Program-made: the position numbers and the translations under genes
Part shown: positions 50,731 to 59,554 of the stretch, piece after piece
Layout: every line of letters starts with the position of its first letter
Numbering within the stretch: the first letter of the stretch is position 1
Assembly (NCBI GenBank): GCA_963770565.1
Contig: CAVYQE010000001.1
Coordinates: forward strand, 608,001 to 672,000
DNA from: an uncultured Actinomycetota bacterium
GTDB taxonomy: Bacteria > Actinomycetota > Actinomycetes > JAFAQI01
DNA: 64,000 nt
Reading direction: 5' to 3'
The notes under the pieces: model-generated
What the model was told of the DNA's origin: nothing
The model's database searches: none
What the model saw: only the letters and a program-made list of their open reading frames with translations

Positions 50731-52383
50731 GTGCGGGCTGGGGCTGCTCGGGAGGCGCTTCGTCGCGCCGTACTGACCTCTGCGGTTGCTCGGCGTACCG
50801 GGGCTGACCTGACCGAAGCGGGCGAGGTTGTCCAGCAGGGGATCAGCCGGCGGCGGCTGCTGCAGGGGGCGGGCATTGCCGCGGCCGCGGTCGCGCTTCC
50901 GGTCGGCGTGGCGACCGAGGCGGCCGCGAGGCCCACGCCGCGATCGGCGAAGACCGCGCCCAAAGTGGTCATCATTGGCGCGGGCATCGCCGGCCTCGGG
51001 TGCGCCTACCGGCTGTGGCACGCCCATGGGATCCATGCCGAGGTCTACGAGTACGACGACCACGCCGGGGGTCGGATCAGGACCCTGCGCGGTCACTTCG
51101 ACGACGCCCAGCTGATCGAGGAGCACGCCGAGTTCATCAACCCCGAGCACACCGCGACGCTCGCGCTGGCCAAGCGGTTCGGGCTGACCCTCGACAACAC
51201 CGACCACTACCCGGAGCCCAATCAGGACCAGCTGAGCCTGCAGTTCGACGGCAAGCTCTGGTCGCAGAAGGCGCTCGACCGGGACTGGCACCACTTCGGC
51301 TGGAAGCTCTTCCACGACGCCGCGGTCAACAAGGCGCCCTGGCCGACGCTCTACACGCACAGCACGAAGTGGGGCCGACGCTGGGACCGGATGTCGGTGT
51401 CGGAGTGGATCGACGCGCACGTGCCGGGCGGGATCGGTGGCGATTTCGGTCAGCTGTGCATCTCCGCCGTACTCGATGAGTACGGCGGGCCGCCCGAGGA
51501 GCAGTCGGCGCTCAATCTGATCTACCTGCTCGGTGGCGACGCGAGCACGAAGAGCGGCAACCAGCCGCGCAACTCACCGGAGCTCGGCGGCGCCGACGAG
51601 AAGTGGCACCTCCACGGTGGCAACGACCAGCTGATCACCGGCATCCTCGATCGGCTGCCGGCCGGCACGGTTCGGCTGGGGGAGCGGCTGGTTGCCTTGC
51701 GGGCCAAGGGAAACGGCCGCTACGCGGTGACGTTGCACAAGGGCCATGGCACCCACGAGGTGAGCGCCGATCACGTCGTGCTGGCGCTGCCGTTCACCAC
51801 CCTGCGCGAGGTGGAGCTGCGCCACGTCGAGATTCCGGCGCTGCACCGGCGGGCCATCAACACCGAGCCGCTCGGCAGCAACGCCAAGATGTTCCTGCAG
51901 TTCAGCCACCGGGTCTGGGACGAGACGCACGACACCGGCAACGCCTACTGCGCCGGCGTGGTGCAGGGCGCCTGGGACGCCACCGGCTACCAGCCGGGCA
52001 CGACCGGCATCCTCGCGGCGCTTCCCGGCGGCACGATCGGCACCGACTGGGGCCAGCGCTACAACCTGCACGACTACCACGGGAGTGCGCCGGCCCAGAT
52101 GGTGCACGACTACCTCGCGCAGTTCGACGCGCTCTACCCGGGGCTGAGGTCGGCCTACAACGGCAAGTCCTACTACGTCTGGTCCACCGGCGACCCGCAC
52201 ATCCGCGGCGCCTACTCCTACCTCAAGGTCGGGCAGTACACCGGCTTCAACGGCATCCAGGGCCGCCGCGAGGGCAACCTGCACTTCGCCGGTGAGCACA
52301 CCTCGGTCAACTTCCAGGGCTACATCGAAGGCGGGCTGCGCAGCGGCCACCGCTGCGCGACCGAGATCGCCGGCAAGGCCTAG
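50731..52383 (+). CDS. flavin monoamine/amino-acid oxidase family protein with twin-arginine-like motif
   Basis: SRRRLL plus a hydrophobic stretch; VVIIGAGIAGL, GGRIRT and HFAGEHTS..GYIEGGLRSG motifs. Confidence 0.88.
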   Translation: MRAGAAREALRRAVLTSAVARRTGADLTEAGEVVQQGISRRRLLQGAGIAAAAVALPVGVATEAAARPTPRSAKTAPKVVIIGAGIAGLGCAYRLWHAHGIHAEVYEYDDHAGGRIRTLRGHFDDAQLIEEHAEFINPEHTATLALAKRFGLTLDNTDHYPEPNQDQLSLQFDGKLWSQKALDRDWHHFGWKLFHDAAVNKAPWPTLYTHSTKWGRRWDRMSVSEWIDAHVPGGIGGDFGQLCISAVLDEYGGPPEEQSALNLIYLLGGDASTKSGNQPRNSPELGGADEKWHLHGGNDQLITGILDRLPAGTVRLGERLVALRAKGNGRYAVTLHKGHGTHEVSADHVVLALPFTTLREVELRHVEIPALHRRAINTEPLGSNAKMFLQFSHRVWDETHDTGNAYCAGVVQGAWDATGYQPGTTGILAALPGGTIGTDWGQRYNLHDYHGSAPAQMVHDYLAQFDALYPGLRSAYNGKSYYVWSTGDPHIRGAYSYLKVGQYTGFNGIQGRREGNLHFAGEHTSVNFQGYIEGGLRSGHRCATEIAGKA

Positions 52384-52461
52384 GCGGACCGCGGCGGATC
52401 CGCTGCGGTAGCGTCCGAACCGGAGTCACGCGGCCGGGGCCGCGTCGAAACGAGGGATCCG

Positions 52462-52893
52462 GTGATGGCGACACAGGTCAACTACGACGAGGTCGAGGTC
52501 GGCACTCAACTGCCGGCGCAGACCTTCAACGTCCAGCGGTCGAACCTGGTCATGTACGCCGGCGCCTCCGGCGACTTCAACGTCATCCACTGGAACGAGC
52601 GGATCGCCAAGTCGGTGGGCCTGCCCAACGTGATCGCGCACGGCATGTTCACGATGGCCGAGGCCGGCCGGGTCGTGACCGACTGGGTGGGCGACCCGGG
52701 CGCGGTGCTCGAGTACGGCGTACGGTTCACCGCTCCGGTGCCGGTACCCGACGACGACAAGGGCACCGATGTCGAGGTGTCCGGCTGGGTCGAGAGCAAG
52801 CTCGACGACCGGCGGGTTTCAGTCGCCTTGGAAGCCAAGGCCCTTGGCGTGACCGTGCTCACCCGAGCGCGCGCCATCGTCCAGCTCGCCTAG
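52462..52893 (+). CDS. MaoC family (HadB-like) dehydratase
   Basis: YAGASGDFNVIHW and IAHGM hydratase motif. Confidence 0.93.
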   Translation: MMATQVNYDEVEVGTQLPAQTFNVQRSNLVMYAGASGDFNVIHWNERIAKSVGLPNVIAHGMFTMAEAGRVVTDWVGDPGAVLEYGVRFTAPVPVPDDDKGTDVEVSGWVESKLDDRRVSVALEAKALGVTVLTRARAIVQLA

Positions 52894-52896
52894 TTT

Positions 52897-52981
52897 CCAA
52901 GCAATGTCACATTGCCCCGGCAAAGCCGGGGGCAATGTGACAGCACCCCCCAGAATCCGGGGGCAATGTGACATTGCTTGG
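52897..52981. repeat. 85-bp palindromic element, family A, copy 2
   Basis: CCAAGCAATGTCACATTGCCCC...GGGGCAATGTGACATTGCTTGG; cores at 52901, 52932 and 52963. Confidence 0.92.
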
Positions 52982-52990
52982 GCCGCGGGC

Positions 52991-53024
52991 TTGACAGTTA
53001 GTGAGTGAGCGCTTAACTTACTAA
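52991..53024 (+). promoter_or_regulatory. sigma70-type leaderless promoter of tetR with overlapping operator
   Basis: TTGACA (52991)-17 bp-TAACTT (53014), 7 nt before the GTG. TTAGTGAGT...ACTTACTAA dyad at 52998-53024. Confidence 0.78.
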
Positions 53025-53026
53025 GC

Positions 53027-53599
53027 GTGATGGCCCCAGCGACCCGGATGACCGCGGCCGAGCGGCGCGCCGACGTGCTGCGGGCCGCAGTCGGCCCGTT
53101 CGCCAAGGGCGGCTACCACGGCACCTCGACCGAGGACGTCGCTCGGGCCGCCGGGATCAGCCAGCCGTACCTGTTCCGGCTCTTCCCGACCAAGAAGGAG
53201 CTGTTCCTGGCGCTGGTCGCGCAGGGCTTCGGCCGGGTTCGCGAGGCGTTCATCGAGGCGGTCGGCGATCTGACCGGCGAGGACGCGATGCACGCGATGG
53301 GCGAGGCCTACAGCGAGCTGCTTCGCGACCGCGACGAGCTCATGCTGCAGATGCATGCCTACGGCGCCTGCGGCGACGACGAGATCGCGGAAGCTACCCG
53401 GTATGAGTTCGGCCGGCTCTGGCGCGAGGTGGCTCGGCTGTCGGGGGCGAACGACGAGGAGATGCAGCAGTTCTTTGCGATGGGCATGCTCATGAACGTG
53501 ATCGCGTCGATGGACGCGACCAGTCACAGCTCGGCCTGGATCAAGGCCTGCCTGCCGCCCGCATGGCTGTCCCCGGAGTGGGACGAGCAACCCAGCTAG
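53027..53599 (+). CDS. TetR/AcrR family regulator
   Basis: FAKGGYHGTSTEDVARAAGISQPYLFRLFPTKKELF HTH. Confidence 0.93.
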   Translation: MMAPATRMTAAERRADVLRAAVGPFAKGGYHGTSTEDVARAAGISQPYLFRLFPTKKELFLALVAQGFGRVREAFIEAVGDLTGEDAMHAMGEAYSELLRDRDELMLQMHAYGACGDDEIAEATRYEFGRLWREVARLSGANDEEMQQFFAMGMLMNVIASMDATSHSSAWIKACLPPAWLSPEWDEQPS

Positions 53600-53620
53600 G
53601 TAAAAAAATTTCGACCGCAA

Positions 53621-53638
53621 AGTGAGTGATGACTCACT
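53621..53638. promoter_or_regulatory. putative TetR operator upstream of the MFS gene
   Basis: AGTGAGT-GATG-ACTCACT perfect dyad; same half-site as in the tetR promoter. Confidence 0.7.
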
Positions 53639-53662
53639 AAGTAAGCGAGAGAGGAACCGGCG

Positions 53663-55102
53663 ATGACCGCAAGGACTCGCACCATCTGGACGTTCGTGAT
53701 CACGAGCGTCGCGCTCTTCATGACCTCGCTCGACAACCTCGTGGTGACCACGGCGCTCCCGGTGATCCGGCTGCACCTGCACGCGTCGTTGTCGTCGCTC
53801 GAGTGGACCGTGAACGCCTACACCTTGACCTTCGCGGTCCTGCTCCTGACTGGTGCCAGCCTCGGTGAGCGCTTCGGTCGGCGGCGGATGTTCCTCGTCG
53901 GCCTCACGATCTTCACCCTCGGCTCGGCCGCGGCCGCGCTCGCGCCATCGGCCGGCTGGCTGATCGTCGCCCGCGCGCTGCAGGGCTCCGGCTCGGCGAT
54001 CGTGACCCCGCTGACCTTGACCCTGCTCTCGGCCGCGGTGTCGGTCGAGCGGCGCGGCGCGGCGCTCGGCGCCTGGGGTGCCGTCGCCGGCCTCGCGATC
54101 TCCTCCGGACCGCTGGTCGGCGGTGCCGTCGTACAGGGGTGGTCCTGGCAGACGATCTTCTGGATCAACGTGCCGATCGGCCTGCTGCTGCTCCCGCTCG
54201 CCTGGCGCGGGCTGGCCGAGAGCCACGGCCCGGCGACCCGCCTGGACGTTGTTGGCCTCACCCTCGCCAGCACCGGCTTGTTCGGCCTGGTGCTCGGGAT
54301 GGTGCGCGCCAACTCGCTCGGCTGGACCTCGAGCTACGTCCTAACCTCGCTGATCGTCGGCGCGGCGTTGATGGTCGCGTTCGTCCGGTGGGAGCTGCGG
54401 ACCGAGCAGCCGATGCTGCCGATGCGGTTGTTCCGGTCGCGCGGGTTCTCCGCGGCCAACGCGGCCAGCGTGCTGATGTTCTTCGGGATGTTCGGTGCGA
54501 TCTTCCTGCTCTCGCAGGCACTGCAGACGATGCAGGGCTACAGCCCGCTCGGCGCCGGCCTCCGGATGCTGCCGTGGACCGGGATGCCGATCGTCGTCGC
54601 GCCGATCGCCGGCATCCTGGCCGACCGGATCGGTGCCCGCCCGGTCGTGTTCGTCGGCTTGGCGTTGCAGGCGGTCGGCCTGGCCTGGTTGGCCGAGGTG
54701 ATGAGCCCGACCACGCCGTTCCTGCACCTGGTGCCCGCGCTCGCGGTGAGCGGCATCGGCATGGCGATGTTCTTCGCGCCCACCGCCGCGCTCGTGCTGG
54801 GCACCGTGCGGCGTGAGGAGGAGGGCATCGCCTCGGGCGCCGCCAACGCACTGCGTGAGGTCGGGGGCGTGTTCGGGGTCGCAGTTCTCGCCTCGGTCTT
54901 CGCCTCCCACGGTGGCTACGCGACGCCGCACACCTTCGCGCTGGGCCTGCGCCCGGCGGTCGAGGTCGGTGCCGCGGTCGTCGCGCTCGCCGCGCTGATC
55001 CTGCTCCTGGTGCCGCGCCGCAAGGCCGAACTGGAGCCGGTGACCGAGCCGGCCGAGCTCGACCGCCCGACCACCCGGGAGCTGGCTCCAGTCGGCGCCT
55101 GA
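53663..55102 (+). CDS. MFS drug:H+ antiporter (DHA2/EmrB-QacA, 14 TMS)
   Basis: LDNLVVTTALP, GERFGRRR, ARALQG, GPLVGG and WQTIFWINVPIG motifs. Confidence 0.93.
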   Translation: MTARTRTIWTFVITSVALFMTSLDNLVVTTALPVIRLHLHASLSSLEWTVNAYTLTFAVLLLTGASLGERFGRRRMFLVGLTIFTLGSAAAALAPSAGWLIVARALQGSGSAIVTPLTLTLLSAAVSVERRGAALGAWGAVAGLAISSGPLVGGAVVQGWSWQTIFWINVPIGLLLLPLAWRGLAESHGPATRLDVVGLTLASTGLFGLVLGMVRANSLGWTSSYVLTSLIVGAALMVAFVRWELRTEQPMLPMRLFRSRGFSAANAASVLMFFGMFGAIFLLSQALQTMQGYSPLGAGLRMLPWTGMPIVVAPIAGILADRIGARPVVFVGLALQAVGLAWLAEVMSPTTPFLHLVPALAVSGIGMAMFFAPTAALVLGTVRREEEGIASGAANALREVGGVFGVAVLASVFASHGGYATPHTFALGLRPAVEVGAAVVALAALILLLVPRRKAELEPVTEPAELDRPTTRELAPVGA

Positions 55103-55153
55103 GCGCACATCCGGCCAATTGGCCGGGTACGTCGGCCGCGATCGTCGTAATGT

Positions 55154-55192
55154 CGTAGCGCCCGGGTAGTCCTCATCTGCCCGGGCGCTACG
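55154..55192. terminator. strong hairpin between the MFS and patatin genes
   Basis: CGTAGCGCCCGGG...CCCGGGCGCTACG perfect 13-bp stem. Confidence 0.5.
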
Positions 55193-55233
55193 GCCGATGA
55201 TCATGCTGACGAGGTCGAAGGTGGTGAGCCGAC

Positions 55234-56172
55234 GTGTCGGTCCTGACCTACCTCCGCCGCGGCCGCCGCGAGGCACCCGTCGTCACCGCGACTCCGCAGC
55301 ACCCGCCGCGCGAGGTCATTGTCTTCTCCGGCGGCGGCAGCCTCGGCGCGGCGCAGGTCGGCGCGCTCCAGGCGATCTTCGAGGCCGGCATCGTCCCTGA
55401 CGCGGTGATCGGCTGCTCGGTCGGCGCGATCAACGCGGCGTACATCGCGGTCGAGCCGACCGCGGCGCAGGCCGTGGCGCTCGAGGGCGTCTGGCGCTCG
55501 ATGTCGCGACGCGAAGTCTTCCCCGATGGCCGCTTCCGGGTGGCCCGCAGGCTGGTCGCCCGCTCGATCTACCTCTACACGCCGAGCGGGATGAGGGCGG
55601 TCTTCGCCCAGTGCGTGCCGCTCGACGACCTGTCGCAGACCGCCATCCCGTGCCACGTCGTGACGACCGACCTGATCGCGGGCGAGTCCGCGTGGTGGAC
55701 CAGTGGCGATCCGGTCGAGGTGCTCAGCGCGAGCGCCTGCCTGCCGGGCCTGTTCCCGCCGGTGCGCCTCAACGGCCGGTTGCACGTGGACGGCGGGGTC
55801 TCGTGCCCGGTGCCGACCCAGCGCGCGCTCGATCTCGGCGCGGCGCGGGTCTGGGTGCTCAATGTCGCCCGGGAGTACCACGGGTGGGCCGACGAGCGGA
55901 TGACCGCGCTCGACGTACTGCTCGAGAGCTTCGCGATCTCCCGGTCTCAGCTCGGCCGGCATGCCCCGGCGACCGCCGCCGGTCAGCGGATCGTCACGCT
56001 GCCCCCCATGGCGATCGGGCGGCACGACATGCGCGACTTCTCCCGCACCCCGCAGCTGATCGCGGCCGGGCGCGAGGCGGGCCGGGTCATGGTCGCGGCC
56101 GAGCTGCGGGCCCAGCGCGCCAACCGCGGACAGCCGCTCGACCCGGCGATCAACCCCCCCACCGCCGTCTGA
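55234..56172 (+). CDS. patatin-like phospholipase
   Basis: GGGSLG, GCSVG (GxSxG), ASACLPGLFPP and DGG motifs. Confidence 0.92.
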   Translation: MSVLTYLRRGRREAPVVTATPQHPPREVIVFSGGGSLGAAQVGALQAIFEAGIVPDAVIGCSVGAINAAYIAVEPTAAQAVALEGVWRSMSRREVFPDGRFRVARRLVARSIYLYTPSGMRAVFAQCVPLDDLSQTAIPCHVVTTDLIAGESAWWTSGDPVEVLSASACLPGLFPPVRLNGRLHVDGGVSCPVPTQRALDLGAARVWVLNVAREYHGWADERMTALDVLLESFAISRSQLGRHAPATAAGQRIVTLPPMAIGRHDMRDFSRTPQLIAAGREAGRVMVAAELRAQRANRGQPLDPAINPPTAV

Positions 56173-56185
56173 CCCGCCGCCGCTG

Positions 56186-56270
56186 CCAAGCAATGTCACA
56201 TTGCCCCGCACTTCGTGGGGGCAATGTGACAGCACCCCCAGGAAAGCCCGGGCAATGTGACATTGCTTGG
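56186..56270. repeat. 85-bp palindromic element, family A, copy 3
   Basis: CCAAGCAATGTCACATTGCCC...GGGCAATGTGACATTGCTTGG; cores at 56190, 56221 and 56252; between convergent stops. Confidence 0.92.
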
Positions 56271-56279
56271 AACAGGGGT

Positions 56280-57494
56280 TTAGGGGACGGGGATCTCGCC
56301 GAGGAGCTTGGCGATCCGGCCGACCCCTTCGGCGAGGTCGTCGTCGCCCAGCGCGTAGGACAGCCGGAAGCAGCCCGGAGCGCCGAAGGCCTCTCCTGGT
56401 ACGACGGCAACCTCGACTTCGTCGAGGATGACCTCGGCGAGCTCCGCCGACGTCGCCGGCGTTCGACCGCGGAGCGGCCGCCCCAGCAGCCCCTGCACCG
56501 ACGGGAAGCAGTAGAACGCCCCGTGCGGGGTCGGGCACTCGACGCCGGGGATCTCGCTCAGCATCCGCACCATCGTCTTGCGGCGGACGTCGAAGGCCGC
56601 GCGCATCATCGCCGCGGCCGACAGGTCGCCGCTGACCGCGGCCAAGGCCGCCGCCTGCGCGACGTTCGACACGTTGGAGGTCGAGTGCGACTGCAGGTTG
56701 GTCGCGGCCCCGATGACGTCGGTCGGGCCGATCATCCAGCCCACCCTCCAGCCAGTCATGGCGTAGGTCTTCGCCACGCCGTTGAGCACGACACAGCGGT
56801 CGGCGAGCTCAGGCACGACCACCGGCATCGACGGTGCCTCGGCTCCGTCGTACCTGAGGTGCTCGTAGATCTCGTCCGTGACCACCCAGAGCCCCTGCGC
56901 CTCGGCCCACCGCCCGATCGCCTCGACCGCCTCCGGCGGATAGACCGCGCCGGTCGGGTTCGAGGGCGAGCAGAACAGCAGCAGTTTCGTGCGCTCGGTC
57001 CGGGCTGCCTCGAGCTGCTCGACACTCGCGAGATAGCCGCTCACGGTGTCGGTCTCCACCACCACCGGAACGCCACCCGCCAGCCGGATCGCCTCCGGGT
57101 ACGTCGTCCAATACGGCGCCGGCAGGAGCACCTCGTCGCCGGGGTCGAGCAGGGTGGCGAAGGATTGGTAGACCGCCTGTTTGCCGCCGTTGGTCACTAG
57201 GACCTGCGCGGCGCTCACCTCGTACCCGGAGTCGCGGTGGGTCTTCGCCGCGATCGCCTGGCGGAGCTCGGGCAGGCCGCCGGTCGGTGTGTAGTGGTGC
57301 ATGAGCGGGTTGCTGCACGCCGCGATCGCCGCGGCGACGATCGGCTCGGGAGTGGGGAAGTCGGGCTCGCCCGCGCCGAAGCCGATCACGTCGCGACCGG
57401 CCGCCTTGAGCGCCTTGGCCTTGGCGTCGACAGCCAGGGTGGCGGATTCGGCGATGGCGCCGACGCGGGCAGAGATGCGGGATCGGTCGGGCAT
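56280..57494 (-). CDS. aspC: aspartate aminotransferase (PLP class I/II)
   Basis: GAGEPDF, SPSNPTG, DEIY and [12 protein letters not shown] motifs; conserved position before tRNA-Trp/secE. Confidence 0.92.
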   Translation of the reverse strand: MPDRSRISARVGAIAESATLAVDAKAKALKAAGRDVIGFGAGEPDFPTPEPIVAAAIAACSNPLMHHYTPTGGLPELRQAIAAKTHRDSGYEVSAAQVLVTNGGKQAVYQSFATLLDPGDEVLLPAPYWTTYPEAIRLAGGVPVVVETDTVSGYLASVEQLEAARTERTKLLLFCSPSNPTGAVYPPEAVEAIGRWAEAQGLWVVTDEIYEHLRYDGAEAPSMPVVVPELADRCVVLNGVAKTYAMTGWRVGWMIGPTDVIGAATNLQSHSTSNVSNVAQAAALAAVSGDLSAAAMMRAAFDVRRKTMVRMLSEIPGVECPTPHGAFYCFPSVQGLLGRPLRGRTPATSAELAEVILDEVEVAVVPGEAFGAPGCFRLSYALGDDDLAEGVGRIAKLLGEIPVP

Positions 57495-57619
57495 GCCTCA
57501 ATGGTCGCCTACTGTCGAAGCGGAGGTCCAACGGGTTCTCAGGCGCGCTCGCGTGCGGTTCGCTGGTTCGACCGGGCCCGCCGCCTGGACGTACACTGCG
57601 ACGTTCGAACGGCAATCAC

Positions 57620-57692
57620 AGGGCAGTAGCTCAATTGGCAGAGTCCCGGTCTCCAAAACCGGTGGTTGGGGGTTCGAGTCCCTCCTGCCCTG
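57620..57692 (+). tRNA. tRNA-Trp(CCA)
   Basis: AGGGCAG/CTGCCCT acceptor stem and CCGGT-CTCCAAA-ACCGG arm; TACACT -10 upstream. Confidence 0.96.
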
Positions 57693-57781
57693 CTGACGAC
57701 GACACAGTTGGCACTGCCATCGTGGTCCAATGAAAGAGTCGTCGTGGCAGCACGGCGTGGTGACGGTAGGAGGTGATGAGG

Positions 57782-58042
57782 GTGACGCAGACGAGCGAGG
57801 CCGAGCCGGCCGCTCGGCCGGCTTCGGACGGCGGTCGTGGCGGTAAGCGGCCGGGGCCGGCGGGCCGCGTCGCGCTCTACAACCGCCAGGTCGTCAGCGA
57901 GTTGCGCAAAGTCATCTGGCCGACCCGCAACGAACTGGTCACCTACACCATCGTGTCCATTACCTTCGTGACGAGCATGGTGGCGTTCGTCGGCCTGCTC
58001 GATTACCTGTTCACCAAGGGCGTCTTTGCGATGTTCGGTTGA
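57782..58042 (+). CDS. secE: preprotein translocase subunit SecE
   Basis: [10 protein letters not shown] followed by a TM segment. The start could be 57773 or 57776. Confidence 0.95.
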   Translation: MTQTSEAEPAARPASDGGRGGKRPGPAGRVALYNRQVVSELRKVIWPTRNELVTYTIVSITFVTSMVAFVGLLDYLFTKGVFAMFG

Positions 58043-58091
58043 CCCTGCATCGCTCCCGCTTTTCCCCCGACCTCAAGGAAGTCCTCGCACT

Positions 58092-59012
58092 GTGACCGAG
58101 TTTGCGCCCGACAGTTCCGCCGGCGACATCGCTGTGCCCGAAGCGCCGGGTCTCGACCACGCCGACGCCGGGTCGGATCCGGTCGAGCCTGAGCAGGCAC
58201 CGGTCGTGAGCGACGAGTCGCCGGCTGCTCCGGAAGACCTCGCCGTGGAGGAGTCCGCCGTCGAGGAGCCCGCAGTCGACGAGGGGCCCGCTGAGGTCGC
58301 CGAGCCTGCTGAGGTCGCCGAAGAGGCTGCTGAGGTTGACGAGGCACCCGCTGAGGTGGCTGAAGAGTCTGCTGAGGTCGCCGAACAGGCTGCTGAGGTT
58401 GACGAGGCACCCGCTGAGGTCGCTGAAGAGGTCGCTGAGGTCGACGAGGTCGAGGAGTTCCGGGCGCGGCTGATCACGCTGCCCGGTGACTGGTACGTCG
58501 TCCACACCTACGCCGGCTACGAAAACCGGGTCAAGGCCAACCTCGAGTCGCGGATTGCCTCGCTCAACATGGAGGACTACATCTTCGACATCCAGGTCCC
58601 GACCCAGCCGGAGACGATCATCAAGGCCGGAAAGCGACAGGTCGTCGACTCGAAGATCTTCCCGGGCTACGTCCTGGTCCGGATGGACCTCACCGACGAG
58701 TCGTGGTCGGTGGTCAAGAACACCCCGAGCGTCACCGGGTTCGTCGGCACCACGCATCCGACGCCGCTGTCGACCGCGGACGTCGTCAAGTTCCTCGCGC
58801 CCAAACCCGCCGAGTCCAAGCGGGTCGAGGCGCCCAAGGTCGTCGACTTCGCCGTCGGCGAGTCGGTCACGGTCATGGACGGCCCGTTCGCGACCCTGCC
58901 CGCCACCATTAACGAGATCAACGCCGAGTCACAGCGGCTCAAGGTCCTCGTCTCGATCTTCGGCCGCGAGACGCCGGTCGAGTTGTCGTTCAGCCAGGTC
59001 AGCAAGATCTGA
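58092..59012 (+). CDS. nusG: transcription termination/antitermination factor NusG with acidic N-terminal extension
   Basis: [30 protein letters not shown] and [13 protein letters not shown] motifs. Confidence 0.96.
   Translation: MTEFAPDSSAGDIAVPEAPGLDHADAGSDPVEPEQAPVVSDESPAAPEDLAVEESAVEEPAVDEGPAEVAEPAEVAEEAAEVDEAPAEVAEESAEVAEQAAEVDEAPAEVAEEVAEVDEVEEFRARLITLPGDWYVVHTYAGYENRVKANLESRIASLNMEDYIFDIQVPTQPETIIKAGKRQVVDSKIFPGYVLVRMDLTDESWSVVKNTPSVTGFVGTTHPTPLSTADVVKFLAPKPAESKRVEAPKVVDFAVGESVTVMDGPFATLPATINEINAESQRLKVLVSIFGRETPVELSFSQVSKI
58281..58458 (+). repeat. degenerate in-frame repeats, mostly 21 nt ([14 protein letters not shown]), in nusG
   Basis: Recurrent GCTGAGGT core; approximate boundaries. 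Confidence 0.8.
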
Positions 59013-59040
59013 CCCGGTCCCGCCGTACAAGGAAGCTCAC

Positions 59041-59472
59041 ATGCCTACCAAGAAGAAGATCGCCGGTCTGATCAAGTTGCAGATCCAGGCCGGCGCGGCG
59101 ACCCCGGCCCCTCCGGTCGGCCCCGCGCTGGGTCAGCACGGCGTCAACATCATGGATTTCTGCAAGCAGTACAACGCCGAGACCGAGTCGCAGCGCGGCA
59201 ACGTCATCCCGGTCGAGATCACGGTCTATGAAGACCGCAGCTTCACCTTCATCACCAAGACCCCGCCGGCCGCGCGGTTGATCCTCAAGGCCGCCGGTGT
59301 CGAGAAGGGGTCCGGCGAGCCACACACCAAGAAGGTCGCGTCGATCAGCCGGCAGCAGGTCCGCGAGATCGCGACGACGAAGATGTCCGACCTCAACGCC
59401 AACGATCTCGACGCGGCTGAGAAGATCATCGCCGGCACCGCCCGGTCGATGGGCATCACCGTCACCGGCTGA
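59041..59472 (+). CDS. rplK: 50S ribosomal protein L11
   Basis: [22 protein letters not shown] and GTARSMGI motifs. Confidence 0.98.
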   Translation: MPTKKKIAGLIKLQIQAGAATPAPPVGPALGQHGVNIMDFCKQYNAETESQRGNVIPVEITVYEDRSFTFITKTPPAARLILKAAGVEKGSGEPHTKKVASISRQQVREIATTKMSDLNANDLDAAEKIIAGTARSMGITVTG

Positions 59473-59501
59473 GCGGCGCGCGCACCGAACCGACGTACGT
59501 C

Positions 59502-59535
59502 GTGGGAGGGGTCGACCGACTCCGCTCGAACCACA
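59502..59535 (+). promoter_or_regulatory. putative L1-binding leader before rplA
   Basis: GTGGGAGGGG...GAACCAC structure immediately before the rplA RBS, as in actinobacterial rplK-rplA spacers. Confidence 0.55.
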
Positions 59536-59554
59536 AGGAGAAAGCAGCTACCCG

